A stretch of 64,000 nt of DNA. Source: an uncultured Eubacteriales bacterium. Lineage in GTDB: Bacteria > Bacillota > Clostridia > Christensenellales > CALVMC01. Each line of letters starts with the position of its first letter. The stretch's first letter is position 1. The notes under the pieces are model-generated. The model searched no databases and was not told where the DNA came from. It was given only the letters and a program-made list of their open reading frames with translations. Shown piece by piece: positions 29,288 to 38,338 of this stretch. Made by a program: the position numbers and the translations under genes. Location: positions 1-64,000 of the forward strand of contig CASFOZ010000005.1 in NCBI GenBank assembly GCA_949296455.1, given 5' to 3'.

Positions 29288-32200
29288 TTGAAGACGGAGA
29301 TGCCGTTGATTCTGATGAGTTTTTAAAAGTAAATAAAGACGATAACTATTATAATGACTCCTTTTCCGATAACGGTTCGGATAGGGAGTCTTTTTATGCA
29401 AATCAGCAAAGTACAAGTAATTTTGAAGATGAAAGTTTTTTGGGGCAATCCGATTTAGGAAATCGGCAATTTTCCGATAACGAATTCAATTCTCATTTTG
29501 AAAATCAAGCGGATAATTCAAACGGTAATGTTGATTTACATAATAATTTTAACGGTAAAGATGATTTAAATAATAATTTATATGATAACGATGTTTTAAA
29601 CACTTATAACGATAATGATTTATACGATAAAAATTTAAATTCTTATAACGATAACGATTCAATAAAAAACGATGTAAATTTATATAACCAAAATGATTTA
29701 TTCGACGATTCTGAAAATAGCGTAGATACTTTGCCGAATAATACAAACGAACAATACTATTTTGAGAATGATTTGAACGATAACGAAATCGTTGGGGAAT
29801 CGGAAAACCCGTTAAATCTTCATAACGGAAATTTTCAAAATTCTGAAAGCGACTTCGAAAATCCCGTAAAAGAATTGAAAAATTCTGAAAACGATGTTTA
29901 TAATTTCAAAAATCCAACAGAAAATCAATACGATTTTAAAAATGCCAACGGAAACGAAATGGCTGTTGATAACAAAATCGACAACGGTGAGAATATTGCA
30001 GATACAAACCCACTCTTTGGAAAAAGAGCCGAAAATTCACAAAACAACAGTGAAGAAGGAAATTTCAATTCGGATGTAGAAAGCCGATTTGTCCAAAATA
30101 CTGCAAATACAATGGACGAAAATACAACGGCTGAGAATTTTCTGAACGATACACGGACTGCTTTTCAAAACAAATTAGATAATGCCCTTTTTAAGGATTT
30201 CGATGATTTTGAGAAAAGTCAAAATACCGATGATTTTGGCGACGATAATTTCAGCGGTGCAGAGATTGCTTTGAAAAATCGAAAAGAAACAGAAGAAGAA
30301 TTTTCGAATGACACGGTAATAGAAAGGGAAACAACCGAAAAAGAATTTGAATCGAACAAAACCGTTTTCAATCCATATTTTAATGATGAAGATATAGAAG
30401 AAAAAGAAAATATCGAAAAAGCTTCTTTATCGGAAAATCATTTAAAAGAAGAAAATGAAAAAGAAATAGATTCAGAAATTAGTGAGTCGGAAAAGAAAGC
30501 TAAAGTAGAGATAGGCGAGTCGGAAAAGAAAATAAGAGTAGGAAATGATGAGTCGCAAGCAGATACAGAAGAAGAAAGCGATGAATCGATAGATGATAGG
30601 TCGTCTGATAAAGAAACAAACGACATAAAACCGACAGACGAGAAAAATCAAAATTCAGAAAACACCGAAGATTTTAACGACGGCAAAGAGGAAATAAAAA
30701 ACCGTTCTATAAATATAAATTTAACCAATCAATTTTTAAATAATTTAAGCATGGCTCAATCAAATGAGAAAATCAAACAAGAGCAGCCTATGCCGGTAGA
30801 TACCGATATAGAAAAGAAAGGGAATAAGAATATTTTAGGGAAGTATTCGGATTTTTTAGACAGCTTAAAAACTCAGGCGGGAGTAAATGATAAGAAAGAA
30901 GATAACTTAGATATTGAATCCGACGATAGCGAAAATGACGCAGATAATACGGAAAATATACAGGCTGAAAAAGAAGACCTTTCAGAAAGCGATGAATTGA
31001 ATTTTCCCGAGTCAAAAGTTTACGATAATTCAAATGCCGAAAACGAAAATATATTCAAAAATTCCGTTGACGAAAAAGAAGAGTCTGAACCTAAACAGGA
31101 GCAGCAGACTTTCGACCCCGGCGCATACCTTAAAAATGTAATAAATCAAAATCAAAATTCCGAAAATGACGCACCTAAAGAAAAAGTTAAAAGAACGATA
31201 TTTGACGAAGAAGATGATGAAGATATAAAGTCGTATAATAAAGAAGATATCAGAAAGTTATTGTTCGACGACGAAGAAGAGGACGAACAAGAAGAGATAC
31301 AAAAAGAAAATTATGTTCAAGCTAGCGAGCAAGACAAAAAGGAAGGGCAAGATAAAAGGGAAGAGCAGGTCAAACAGGAAAGTCAGCCTTTCGACGCAAG
31401 TTCTTATATTAAGAATTTAATATCTTCAAACCAAAAAGAAGTCAAGGAAGAAGAGTCGGAAAAGCAGTCGCCGAAAGCATTTGGAGAAGCTGCCGAAAAC
31501 GAAAACATATTCAAAAATTCCGTTGACGAAAAAGAAGAGTCTGAGCCTAAACAGGAGCAGCAGACTTTCGACCCCGGCGCATACCTTAAAAACATAATAA
31601 ACCAAAATCAGAATAAAGAAAATAAAGATTTAAACAATGAAATAAAAAAAGATAATTTGTTTGCCGATTTATCGAAAAACAATATTTCCGATAATTCAGA
31701 GTCCGATGCCGAAGACGCAAGTGATGGCGAAATGATTTCGAAAATAATGTTCCGAAAAATGGGTATAGAAGATATCGAAGACGATGAAGAGGATGAGAGC
31801 GAAAATGTTTCGGATAGAAAAATCGATTCTTCGGTTGCAGAAAGTCAGAAATTTTTATCGGATAACGAAGCCGTCAAAGATTCAGACAGAGAAACAAGGC
31901 CTAAGGTAAAAACAATTTTCGACGACGATGATGAAGAAGAGCCCGATAAAACTCCCCGTGGGGATTCTTTTGCCGAACAGTTGCTGCGAAAAATGCAGGC
32001 TATGAAAGAGGAAAGGGAGAAAGGCAAAAGAAATTTCGATACAAACGAAGCAAGATATAATCCTTTGTCCGAATACGGAAGCGGACGCAATTATTCAAGC
32101 AGGACGAACGAAAAAGCAAATAACGACGACAGAACTAATTTTGAAAGCAAACAGGAAATAAAAGAAACCGTTCAAGAAGAGCCGGTAAAGCAAAGTATTT

Positions 32201-32553
32201 CTCAAGAGATAAAATCGGATTCGTTTAAAGAAAGCGAAACACGCAAAGACGACATTTCTCTAAATACCGATATTTCAAGCAAAACCGGTGCGGATAATTT
32301 AAATACAAAATCCGAAAACAATAACGGATATGCAAAAGCTCAGCCGACCGGATATTCCCATTCTTTTGTCGATAATATTCTTACATACGGATACGGATGG
32401 GACGATGTGTATTCGTTCAATCAGGAAATTTCGGACGAAGAAGGACTTCTCAACGCATTCGGAGTGTCGAACAAAAGTTATGAAAATGCAGGTTTAAATC
32501 AGCCGTTGAGTTACGATAACGACGACCCGTTAAAAAACATAAAAAAGCCTTAA
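29284..32553 (+). CDS. Hyper-acidic low-complexity protein (1089 aa; Asp/Glu/Asn/Ser/Lys-rich, predicted disordered), with no TM segment or signal peptide
   Basis: A 3.3-kb ORF whose ATG overlaps the stop of the upstream gene (aaaaaaaaATGA). The composition is dominated by D/E/N/S/K and contains an internal duplicated block ENENIFKNSVDEKEESEPKQEQQTFDPGAYLKN(V/I)INQNQN. The coding potential is supported only by ORF length and codon continuity, and low-complexity ORFs can be overcalled. Confidence 0.65.
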   Translation: MIEDGDAVDSDEFLKVNKDDNYYNDSFSDNGSDRESFYANQQSTSNFEDESFLGQSDLGNRQFSDNEFNSHFENQADNSNGNVDLHNNFNGKDDLNNNLYDNDVLNTYNDNDLYDKNLNSYNDNDSIKNDVNLYNQNDLFDDSENSVDTLPNNTNEQYYFENDLNDNEIVGESENPLNLHNGNFQNSESDFENPVKELKNSENDVYNFKNPTENQYDFKNANGNEMAVDNKIDNGENIADTNPLFGKRAENSQNNSEEGNFNSDVESRFVQNTANTMDENTTAENFLNDTRTAFQNKLDNALFKDFDDFEKSQNTDDFGDDNFSGAEIALKNRKETEEEFSNDTVIERETTEKEFESNKTVFNPYFNDEDIEEKENIEKASLSENHLKEENEKEIDSEISESEKKAKVEIGESEKKIRVGNDESQADTEEESDESIDDRSSDKETNDIKPTDEKNQNSENTEDFNDGKEEIKNRSININLTNQFLNNLSMAQSNEKIKQEQPMPVDTDIEKKGNKNILGKYSDFLDSLKTQAGVNDKKEDNLDIESDDSENDADNTENIQAEKEDLSESDELNFPESKVYDNSNAENENIFKNSVDEKEESEPKQEQQTFDPGAYLKNVINQNQNSENDAPKEKVKRTIFDEEDDEDIKSYNKEDIRKLLFDDEEEDEQEEIQKENYVQASEQDKKEGQDKREEQVKQESQPFDASSYIKNLISSNQKEVKEEESEKQSPKAFGEAAENENIFKNSVDEKEESEPKQEQQTFDPGAYLKNIINQNQNKENKDLNNEIKKDNLFADLSKNNISDNSESDAEDASDGEMISKIMFRKMGIEDIEDDEEDESENVSDRKIDSSVAESQKFLSDNEAVKDSDRETRPKVKTIFDDDDEEEPDKTPRGDSFAEQLLRKMQAMKEEREKGKRNFDTNEARYNPLSEYGSGRNYSSRTNEKANNDDRTNFESKQEIKETVQEEPVKQSISQEIKSDSFKESETRKDDISLNTDISSKTGADNLNTKSENNNGYAKAQPTGYSHSFVDNILTYGYGWDDVYSFNQEISDEEGLLNAFGVSNKSYENAGLNQPLSYDNDDPLKNIKKP
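31035..31165 (+). repeat. Intragenic direct repeat, copy 1 (~130 bp)
   Basis: gccgaaaacgaaaatatattcaaaaattccgttgacgaaaaagaagagtctgaacctaaacaggagcagcagactttcgaccccggcgcataccttaaaaatgtaataaatcaaaatc... Confidence 0.8.
31492..31622 (+). repeat. Intragenic direct repeat, copy 2 (~130 bp, near-identical to copy 1)
   Basis: gccgaaaacgaaaacatattcaaaaattccgttgacgaaaaagaagagtctgagcctaaacaggagcagcagactttcgaccccggcgcataccttaaaaacataataaaccaaaatc... Only a handful of substitutions relative to copy 1. Confidence 0.8.
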
Positions 32554-32635
32554 AATTAATTTTAAGATAAAATTTTCAGGTCAATAAAACCCAAAAAACA
32601 GTAAAAAATTTTTAAAAAATTTCTTTGTAAAATGT

Positions 32636-32664
32636 TTGACAAGGAAATTTTTTTATTATAGAAT
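32636..32664 (+). promoter_or_regulatory. Sigma-A promoter (TTGACA-17-TAGAAT) of the S10 ribosomal protein operon
   Basis: ttgaca at 32636-41, a 17-nt spacer, tagaat at 32659-64, about 215 nt upstream of rpsJ. Confidence 0.7.
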
Positions 32665-32878
32665 ATAAAAGCTGCACAAAAAAGGATGATGCGGAAGGTT
32701 ACCTACGGGATAGTTTTCGCGGACTAGTTTAAATAATTAAACGACCGGAAAGGGGAAACCCTTTTTTAAAAAGCGGGCAGCGACACACACGAACGAGTGA
32801 ACGGCAAGTCCTTTATATATAAGACAAGCTCTCACAAGTCAACCGCTATCCGGGTATAAACAGGAGGATTGAACACCT
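32665..32878 (+). promoter_or_regulatory. S10 operon leader with an attenuator-like hairpin plus T-run (candidate L4 autoregulatory leader)
   Basis: The ~215-nt untranslated leader contains GGGG-AAA-CCC followed by tttttt at 32752-32767, and further GC-rich stems (gcgggcagcgac, cgaccggaaagg). The long structured leader position is analogous to the E. coli/Bacillus S10 leader. Confidence 0.45.
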
Positions 32879-33187
32879 ATGGCAGGTCAAAAAATCAGAA
32901 TCAAGCTTAAAGCTTACGACCACAACTTAATCGACAGTTCCGCTGAAAGAATAGTGGAAACCGTTAAAAGAACCGGTATCAAAGTTTCCGGTCCTATTCC
33001 TCTTCCGACCGAAAAGGAAGTTGTAACAATTCTCAGAGCTCCTCATAAATACAAGGACAGCAGAGAACAGTTCGAACTCAGAACTCATAAAAGATTAATC
33101 GATATTTATAATCCTACTTCTAAGACAGTCGATTCTTTAATGAAACTCGATTTGCCCGCAGGCGTGGATATAAAAATAAAACTGTAA
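32879..33187 (+). CDS. rpsJ: 30S ribosomal protein S10
   Basis: [21 protein letters not shown]...[12 protein letters not shown]... is unmistakable S10. RBS aggagg. Confidence 0.97.
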   Translation: MAGQKIRIKLKAYDHNLIDSSAERIVETVKRTGIKVSGPIPLPTEKEVVTILRAPHKYKDSREQFELRTHKRLIDIYNPTSKTVDSLMKLDLPAGVDIKIKL

Positions 33188-33214
33188 TAAAAAAGCGGAG
33201 GATGAACTTTATTT

Positions 33215-33844
33215 ATGAATAAAGCAATCATTGGAAAAAAGCTCGGTATGAGCCAAATCTTCAAAGAAGACGGCATTATGATTCCGGTTACCGTTATAGA
33301 AGCCGGTCCTTGCCCAATCGTTCAGAAGAAGACCGTCGATAAAGACGGATACGATGCCGTTCAGGTTGCCTTCGGCACCGTTAAGGAAAAGAATGTAACA
33401 AAACCGATTAAAGGTCAGTATGAAAAGGCTAAGGTTACGCCTTGCAGATTTTTAAGAGAACTCAAACTCGACGATTGCTCTGCCTACGAAGTCGGACAGG
33501 AAATCAAATGTTCGGTTTTCAGTGCAGGCGATAAAGTGGATATTACCGGAACATCTAAAGGTAGAGGTTTTTCGGGAACCATTCAGAGATGGAACACCCA
33601 CAGAGGCCCTATGGCTCACGGTTCGGGTTATCACAGGGGAGTAGGTTCGCTTTCTGCAAACTCCGACCCTTCGAGAGTATTCAAAAATAAAAAGATGCCC
33701 GGTCAGTACGGTAACGAACAGGTAACTGTTCAGAACCTCGAAATCGTCAAAATCGACGAAGGAAGAAATCTCCTTCTCGTAAAAGGCGCAGTGCCCGGAG
33801 CCAAAGGCGGCTTGCTTATCGTTAAGCAGTCCGTGAAGGCGTAA
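33215..33844 (+). CDS. rplC: 50S ribosomal protein L3
   Basis: GKKLGMSQIF...VTVIEAGPC...GTSKGRGFSG is an L3 signature. Confidence 0.97.
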   Translation: MNKAIIGKKLGMSQIFKEDGIMIPVTVIEAGPCPIVQKKTVDKDGYDAVQVAFGTVKEKNVTKPIKGQYEKAKVTPCRFLRELKLDDCSAYEVGQEIKCSVFSAGDKVDITGTSKGRGFSGTIQRWNTHRGPMAHGSGYHRGVGSLSANSDPSRVFKNKKMPGQYGNEQVTVQNLEIVKIDEGRNLLLVKGAVPGAKGGLLIVKQSVKA

Positions 33845-33855
33845 GGAGGCTTAAA

Positions 33856-34482
33856 ATGAGTATGAAAGTTAAAGTATATGATAAAAACGCCAATGTTGTA
33901 GGTTCGATGCAGCTTAAAAGCGAAGTGTTCGAACGTGAATATAACGAATCTCTCATTCATCAGGTTGTCGTAGCTCAGCTCGCTAACAAAAGACAGGGAA
34001 CAAAATCCACTTTAACGAGAAGCGAAGTAAGAGGCGGCGGCGCAAAGCCCTGGCGTCAAAAAGGTACGGGAAGAGCCCGTCAAGGTTCTATCCGTTCCCC
34101 GCAATGGATAAAGGGCGGCGTGGTTTTCGCTCCCAAGCCGAGAGATTTTTCTCAGAAAATCAATAAGAAAATGAAAAAGGCGGCTTTGGTCAGCGCTCTT
34201 TCCAAAAAACTTGCAGACGGAGATATTCTTGTTATCGACTCTTTTGCAATAGAAGAAGCTAAAACTAAAAATATAGCCGCAATATTAAAGGCTTTCGGTT
34301 TCGACAAAAAGACCCTTTTCGTTCTCGAAAACGACGACGAAAATGTTTTAAGAGCTTCCAAAAATATCGAAGAACTTACCACTCTCAATGTCGATTCCAT
34401 AAATGTGTATGACCTCGTGCGCAACGCAAAATGCGTTATCTCAAAAGAGGCTATCAAAAAAATTCAGGAGGTCTACGCTTAA
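33856..34482 (+). CDS. rplD: 50S ribosomal protein L4
   Basis: ...[33 protein letters not shown]... is an L4 signature. Confidence 0.97.
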   Translation: MSMKVKVYDKNANVVGSMQLKSEVFEREYNESLIHQVVVAQLANKRQGTKSTLTRSEVRGGGAKPWRQKGTGRARQGSIRSPQWIKGGVVFAPKPRDFSQKINKKMKKAALVSALSKKLADGDILVIDSFAIEEAKTKNIAAILKAFGFDKKTLFVLENDDENVLRASKNIEELTTLNVDSINVYDLVRNAKCVISKEAIKKIQEVYA

Positions 34483-34772
34483 TGAATTCTTACGATATAA
34501 TTATTAAACCCGTTCTTTCGGAAAAAAGTTATTCGGGTATCGCCGAAAAGAGATATACTTTCAAAGTTATTCCGTCGGCAACGAAAACGCAGATAAAGAC
34601 CGCCGTCGAAGAAATATTCGGCGTTAAAGTGGCTAAGGTCAATACAATAAACTGCGAGGGTAAACTTAAAAGACAAGGTAAATACGAGGGCAGACGCCCG
34701 AATTTCAAAAAAGCTGTCGTTCAGCTTACTAAGGAGAGCAAGGCAATCGAGTTCTTCGAGAGTCTGGCATAA
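34482..34772 (+). CDS. rplW: 50S ribosomal protein L23
   Basis: [16 protein letters not shown]... The start is chosen at the ATG overlapping the L4 stop (taATG). The longer upstream ORF in the track (34431) is an in-frame read-through of the L4 3' end. Confidence 0.92.
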   Translation: MNSYDIIIKPVLSEKSYSGIAEKRYTFKVIPSATKTQIKTAVEEIFGVKVAKVNTINCEGKLKRQGKYEGRRPNFKKAVVQLTKESKAIEFFESLA

Positions 34773-34786
34773 AGGAGGATTAAAAA

Positions 34787-35614
34787 ATGGCTGTTAAAAG
34801 ATATAAACCTACTTCTCCTGCCCGTCGTTTCTACACGACTTCGACTTATTCGGAAATTACTACCGACAAGCCTTGTAAAAGCCTTCTCGTTTCCAAGTCC
34901 AAATCGGGCGGCAGAAACGCCAAAGGCAGAATTACCGTAAGGCATATAGGCGGCGGAAACAGACAGAAGTACAGAATTATAGATTTCAAAAGAAATAAGG
35001 ATAACATACCCGCAAAGGTTGTTTCCATAGAATACGACCCGAACCGTACCGCAAACATTGCTTTATTAAACTATGCCGACGGCGAAAAGAGATATATTCT
35101 CGCTCCCGTAGGTCTTAATAAAGGCGATATCATAACAAGCGGTGAAAATGCGGATATTAAAGTAGGAAATTGTCTTCCGCTTGCAAATATCCCCGTAGGT
35201 ACCATGGTTCACAATATAGAACTTAACCCGGGAAGGGGCGGTCAGATTGCAAGGTCTGCCGGTATCGAAGCTCAGCTTATGGCAAAAGAAGGTAAGTACG
35301 CTATCATAAGAATGCCGAGCGGCGAAATGCGTTACATACTCATTAATTGCAGAGCCACGATAGGACAGGTCGGAAATATCGAAAACGAAATTATCTCTCT
35401 CGGCAAAGCCGGAAGAAAACGCCATATGGGTATAAGACCTTCCGTAAGAGGTGTCGTTATGAACCCGTGCGACCACCCGCACGGCGGCGGAGAAGGCAAG
35501 TCTCCTGTCGGTATGGCAGGCCCTGTTTCTCCCTGGGGTAAACCTACTTTGGGTTACAAGACCAGAAAGAAAAAGAATAACACTGATAAGTATATTATCA
35601 AGCGTGTCAATTAA
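34787..35614 (+). CDS. rplB: 50S ribosomal protein L2
   Basis: [14 protein letters not shown]...GGGEGK... is an L2 signature. Confidence 0.97.
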   Translation: MAVKRYKPTSPARRFYTTSTYSEITTDKPCKSLLVSKSKSGGRNAKGRITVRHIGGGNRQKYRIIDFKRNKDNIPAKVVSIEYDPNRTANIALLNYADGEKRYILAPVGLNKGDIITSGENADIKVGNCLPLANIPVGTMVHNIELNPGRGGQIARSAGIEAQLMAKEGKYAIIRMPSGEMRYILINCRATIGQVGNIENEIISLGKAGRKRHMGIRPSVRGVVMNPCDHPHGGGEGKSPVGMAGPVSPWGKPTLGYKTRKKKNNTDKYIIKRVN

Positions 35615-35627
35615 TTGGAGGATATAA

Positions 35628-35906
35628 ATGAGCAGGTCTGTTAAAAAAGGTCCTTTCGTGCAAGAAAGCCTTATGAAAAAAATAAACGAAATGAACGAGA
35701 AGAACGAAAAGAAGGTTATTAAAACCTGGTCACGTTCGTCTACGATATTTCCCGAAATGGTCGGCCATACAATAGCCGTTCACGACGGAAGAAAACATGT
35801 GCCCGTTTATATCACCGAAGATTTGGTAGGATATAAACTCGGGGAGTTCGCTCCCACAAGAACCTTTAAAGGTCACGCCGGTGAAAAAACCACGGGCAAG
35901 AAGTAA
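35628..35906 (+). CDS. rpsS: 30S ribosomal protein S19
   Basis: [11 protein letters not shown]...[13 protein letters not shown]... Confidence 0.97.
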   Translation: MSRSVKKGPFVQESLMKKINEMNEKNEKKVIKTWSRSSTIFPEMVGHTIAVHDGRKHVPVYITEDLVGYKLGEFAPTRTFKGHAGEKTTGKK

Positions 35907-35918
35907 TAGGAGGATAAA

Positions 35919-36308
35919 ATGGCTACAAGAATCAGAGAAAAAGCCGCTCAGCGTAAAGCCAATGCGGACAAAAGACCAAAAGCTGTCGCTAAATATGTCA
36001 GAATTTCTCCTTATAAAGTGAGAATAGTCCTCGATATCATAAGAGGCGCTAAGTATACCGACGCCGTCGCTATACTCAAGAATACTCCCAAAGCTGCTTC
36101 CGAACCCGTGCTTAAATTGGTTAACTCGGCTGCGGCTAATGCGGAGAACAATATGAACCTCAGCAAAAGCGATTTATTTATAGCCGAAGCTTTCTGCGAC
36201 CAGGGTCCGATACTCAAACGTATCAATCCCGTTTCTCACGGCAGAGCGCACAGAATAAATAAAAGAACAAGTCATATTACCGTTATACTCGATACGGTAA
36301 ACGCCTAA
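35919..36308 (+). CDS. rplV: 50S ribosomal protein L22
   Basis: ...[17 protein letters not shown]... is L22 with a short basic N-terminal extension. Confidence 0.95.
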   Translation: MATRIREKAAQRKANADKRPKAVAKYVRISPYKVRIVLDIIRGAKYTDAVAILKNTPKAASEPVLKLVNSAAANAENNMNLSKSDLFIAEAFCDQGPILKRINPVSHGRAHRINKRTSHITVILDTVNA

Positions 36309-36318
36309 GGAGGACAGA

Positions 36319-36996
36319 ATGGGACAGAAAGTTAATCCGCACGGTTTAAGAGTAGGCATAATTAAAGATTGGGATACTCAATGGTATGCTTCGAAAAAGG
36401 ATTTTTCGGCAAATCTTATAGAAGATTACAATATCAGAAAATTCCTTAAAAAGAAATATTATCAGTCGGGTATTTCCAAAATCACCATTGACAGAGCCGC
36501 TAACAAACTCAATGTTAATATTTATACGGCTCGTCCGGGTGTGGTTATAGGAAAAGCCGGCGCAGGCGTTGAAATAATCAAAAAAGAAGTCGGCGCAATG
36601 TGCAAAGATAAAAACGTTAACATTAATATTCACGAGGTTAAAAGACCGGATATCGACGCTCAGCTTGTAGCGGAAAATATCGCTTCACAGCTTGAAAAGA
36701 GGGCTTCTTTCAGAAGGTCCATGAAACAGGCAATGTCCAAAGCCATGAAAGGCGGGGCTAAAGGTATTAAAACCATGGTGTCCGGAAGACTCGACGGCGC
36801 TGAAATCGCAAGGTCCGAACACTATCACGAAGGGTCTATTCCTCTTCAAACTTTAAGAGCCGATATCGATTACGGATTTGCAGAAGCTCTTACCACTTTC
36901 GGTATTATCGGCGTCAAAGTTTGGATTTATAAAGGTGAAATTTTCACTAAGGCTGAAAAGAAAGTCGAAGGAGGTAATGCAAATGTTAATGCCTAA
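36319..36996 (+). CDS. rpsC: 30S ribosomal protein S3
   Basis: [20 protein letters not shown]... shows the KH and S3-C domains. Confidence 0.97.
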   Translation: MGQKVNPHGLRVGIIKDWDTQWYASKKDFSANLIEDYNIRKFLKKKYYQSGISKITIDRAANKLNVNIYTARPGVVIGKAGAGVEIIKKEVGAMCKDKNVNINIHEVKRPDIDAQLVAENIASQLEKRASFRRSMKQAMSKAMKGGAKGIKTMVSGRLDGAEIARSEHYHEGSIPLQTLRADIDYGFAEALTTFGIIGVKVWIYKGEIFTKAEKKVEGGNANVNA

Positions 36997-37432
36997 AAGA
37001 GTTAAAAGAAGACGTGTTCACCGTGGCAGAATGAAAGGCCGTGCGACAAAAGGCAACATTATTGCTTACGGCGAAATAGGCTTAGTCGCAACAGAACCCG
37101 GTTGGCTTACCTCTAATCAGATAGAAGCTGCCCGTATCGCTATGACCAGATACACTAAAAGAGGCGGTAAAGTATGGATAGACATATTCCCGCATAAACC
37201 GGTTACCAAAAAACCTGCCGAAACCCGTATGGGTAGCGGTAAAGGCGCTCCCGAATATTGGGTTGCGGTTGTCAAACCGGGAAGGGTGCTCTTCGAAATG
37301 GCAGGAGTCTCCGAGGAAATCGCAAGAGAAGCTTTAAGACTTGCTTCCCATAAACTCGGAATAGGAACAAAAATTATGCTCAGAGACGAGCAGAACAAAC
37401 TCGATGCGGACACCGTAGGAGGTAACGTCTGA
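36983..37432 (+). CDS. rplP: 50S ribosomal protein L16
   Basis: [19 protein letters not shown]... The start at 36983 is favoured by the ggagg RBS at 36970-74. In-frame ATGs at 36977 and 36989 are alternatives. The ORF in the track (36878) is too long. Confidence 0.9.
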   Translation: MLMPKRVKRRRVHRGRMKGRATKGNIIAYGEIGLVATEPGWLTSNQIEAARIAMTRYTKRGGKVWIDIFPHKPVTKKPAETRMGSGKGAPEYWVAVVKPGRVLFEMAGVSEEIAREALRLASHKLGIGTKIMLRDEQNKLDADTVGGNV

Positions 37433-37665
37433 TGAAAACCAAAGAAATATTCGAAATGAACAACGAAGAATTAGCGGTAAAATTGGGCGCATTGAAACAG
37501 GAACTTTTCAATCTCCGCTTCAAACACGCAACCGGTCAGCTTACTAACGGAAATCAGCTTTCACAGTGTAAAAAGGATATAGCGAGAGTTAAAACCGTTA
37601 TTCGTCAAAGAGAGTTGAATATTGCCAAAGAGCCGTCCAAAAAAACGGCCAGAAAGGCTAAGTAG
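37432..37665 (+). CDS. rpmC: 50S ribosomal protein L29
   Basis: ...[25 protein letters not shown]... The start overlaps the rplP stop (TGATG). Confidence 0.95.
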   Translation: MKTKEIFEMNNEELAVKLGALKQELFNLRFKHATGQLTNGNQLSQCKKDIARVKTVIRQRELNIAKEPSKKTARKAK

Positions 37666-37676
37666 GAGGCAGGAAA

Positions 37677-37946
37677 ATGGCAGAAAACAATGTGCAGAGA
37701 AATCTGAGAAAAACGAGAGTCGGCCTTGTGGTCAGCGATAAAATGGATAAAACCATTGTAGTTGCTATAGCCGAAAAGGTAAGACATCCGTTATATAAAA
37801 AGACAATCAACAGAACCAAAAAGCTTAAAGCTCACGACGAGCAGAATGCTTGCGGTATCGGCGATAAGGTTTTAATAGCCGAAACAAGACCTTTAAGCAA
37901 AGACAAATGCTGGCGCCTTGTAGAAATTATCGAAAAGGCTAAATAG
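37677..37946 (+). CDS. rpsQ: 30S ribosomal protein S17
   Basis: ...[19 protein letters not shown]...HPLYKK... is an S17 signature. Confidence 0.96.
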   Translation: MAENNVQRNLRKTRVGLVVSDKMDKTIVVAIAEKVRHPLYKKTINRTKKLKAHDEQNACGIGDKVLIAETRPLSKDKCWRLVEIIEKAK

Positions 37947-37957
37947 GAGGAAGGATT

Positions 37958-38326
37958 ATGATACAACCACAAACAAGACTCAATGTAGCCGATAATACCG
38001 GCGCCAAAGAACTTATGTGTATCAGAGTGCTTGGCGGTTCTTTCAGAAGAAGCGGCAACATAGGCGATGTTATCGTAGCTTCCGTTAAATCCGCTTCTCC
38101 CGGCGGCGTAGTAAAAAAAGGCGATGTCGTAAAGGCTGTTATCGTCAGAACTAGTAAGGGGATAGGAAGACCCGACGGTTCTCATATCAGATTCGACGAC
38201 AATGCCGCAGTTATTATAGATAACCAGAAAATGCCGAGAGGAACCCGTATCTTCGGGCCTATCGCAAGGGAACTCAGAGAGAAAGATTATATGAAAATTA
38301 TCTCTCTTGCGCCCGAAGTGCTTTAA
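37958..38326 (+). CDS. rplN: 50S ribosomal protein L14
   Basis: [17 protein letters not shown]... Confidence 0.97.
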   Translation: MIQPQTRLNVADNTGAKELMCIRVLGGSFRRSGNIGDVIVASVKSASPGGVVKKGDVVKAVIVRTSKGIGRPDGSHIRFDDNAAVIIDNQKMPRGTRIFGPIARELREKDYMKIISLAPEVL

Positions 38327-38338
38327 TGGAGGAGTAAA

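Noticed and set aside
851-32553. Island as a mobile element, prophage or integrative element
   Set aside because: There is no integrase, transposase or recombinase gene. No flanking direct or inverted repeats or tRNA attachment site were seen. The composition is similar to the surrounding core genes. The duplication looks like an old tandem gene duplication rather than a transposition.
34431-34772. Longer N-terminal versions of rplW (34431), rplF (40485), rpsD (47282), adk (44284) and rplP (36878) given in the ORF track
   Set aside because: The upstream extensions overlap the preceding gene and lack an RBS. Canonical N-termini with good RBSs are found at 34482, 40530, 47324, 44332 and ~36983 respectively.
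35066-35482. 138-aa minus-strand ORF over rplB and other small antisense ORFs in the ribosomal cluster (e.g. 34152-34457, 36346-36633, 42268-42645, 43350-43634)
   Set aside because: All are embedded antisense to strongly conserved genes. They are typical six-frame noise in AT-rich DNA.
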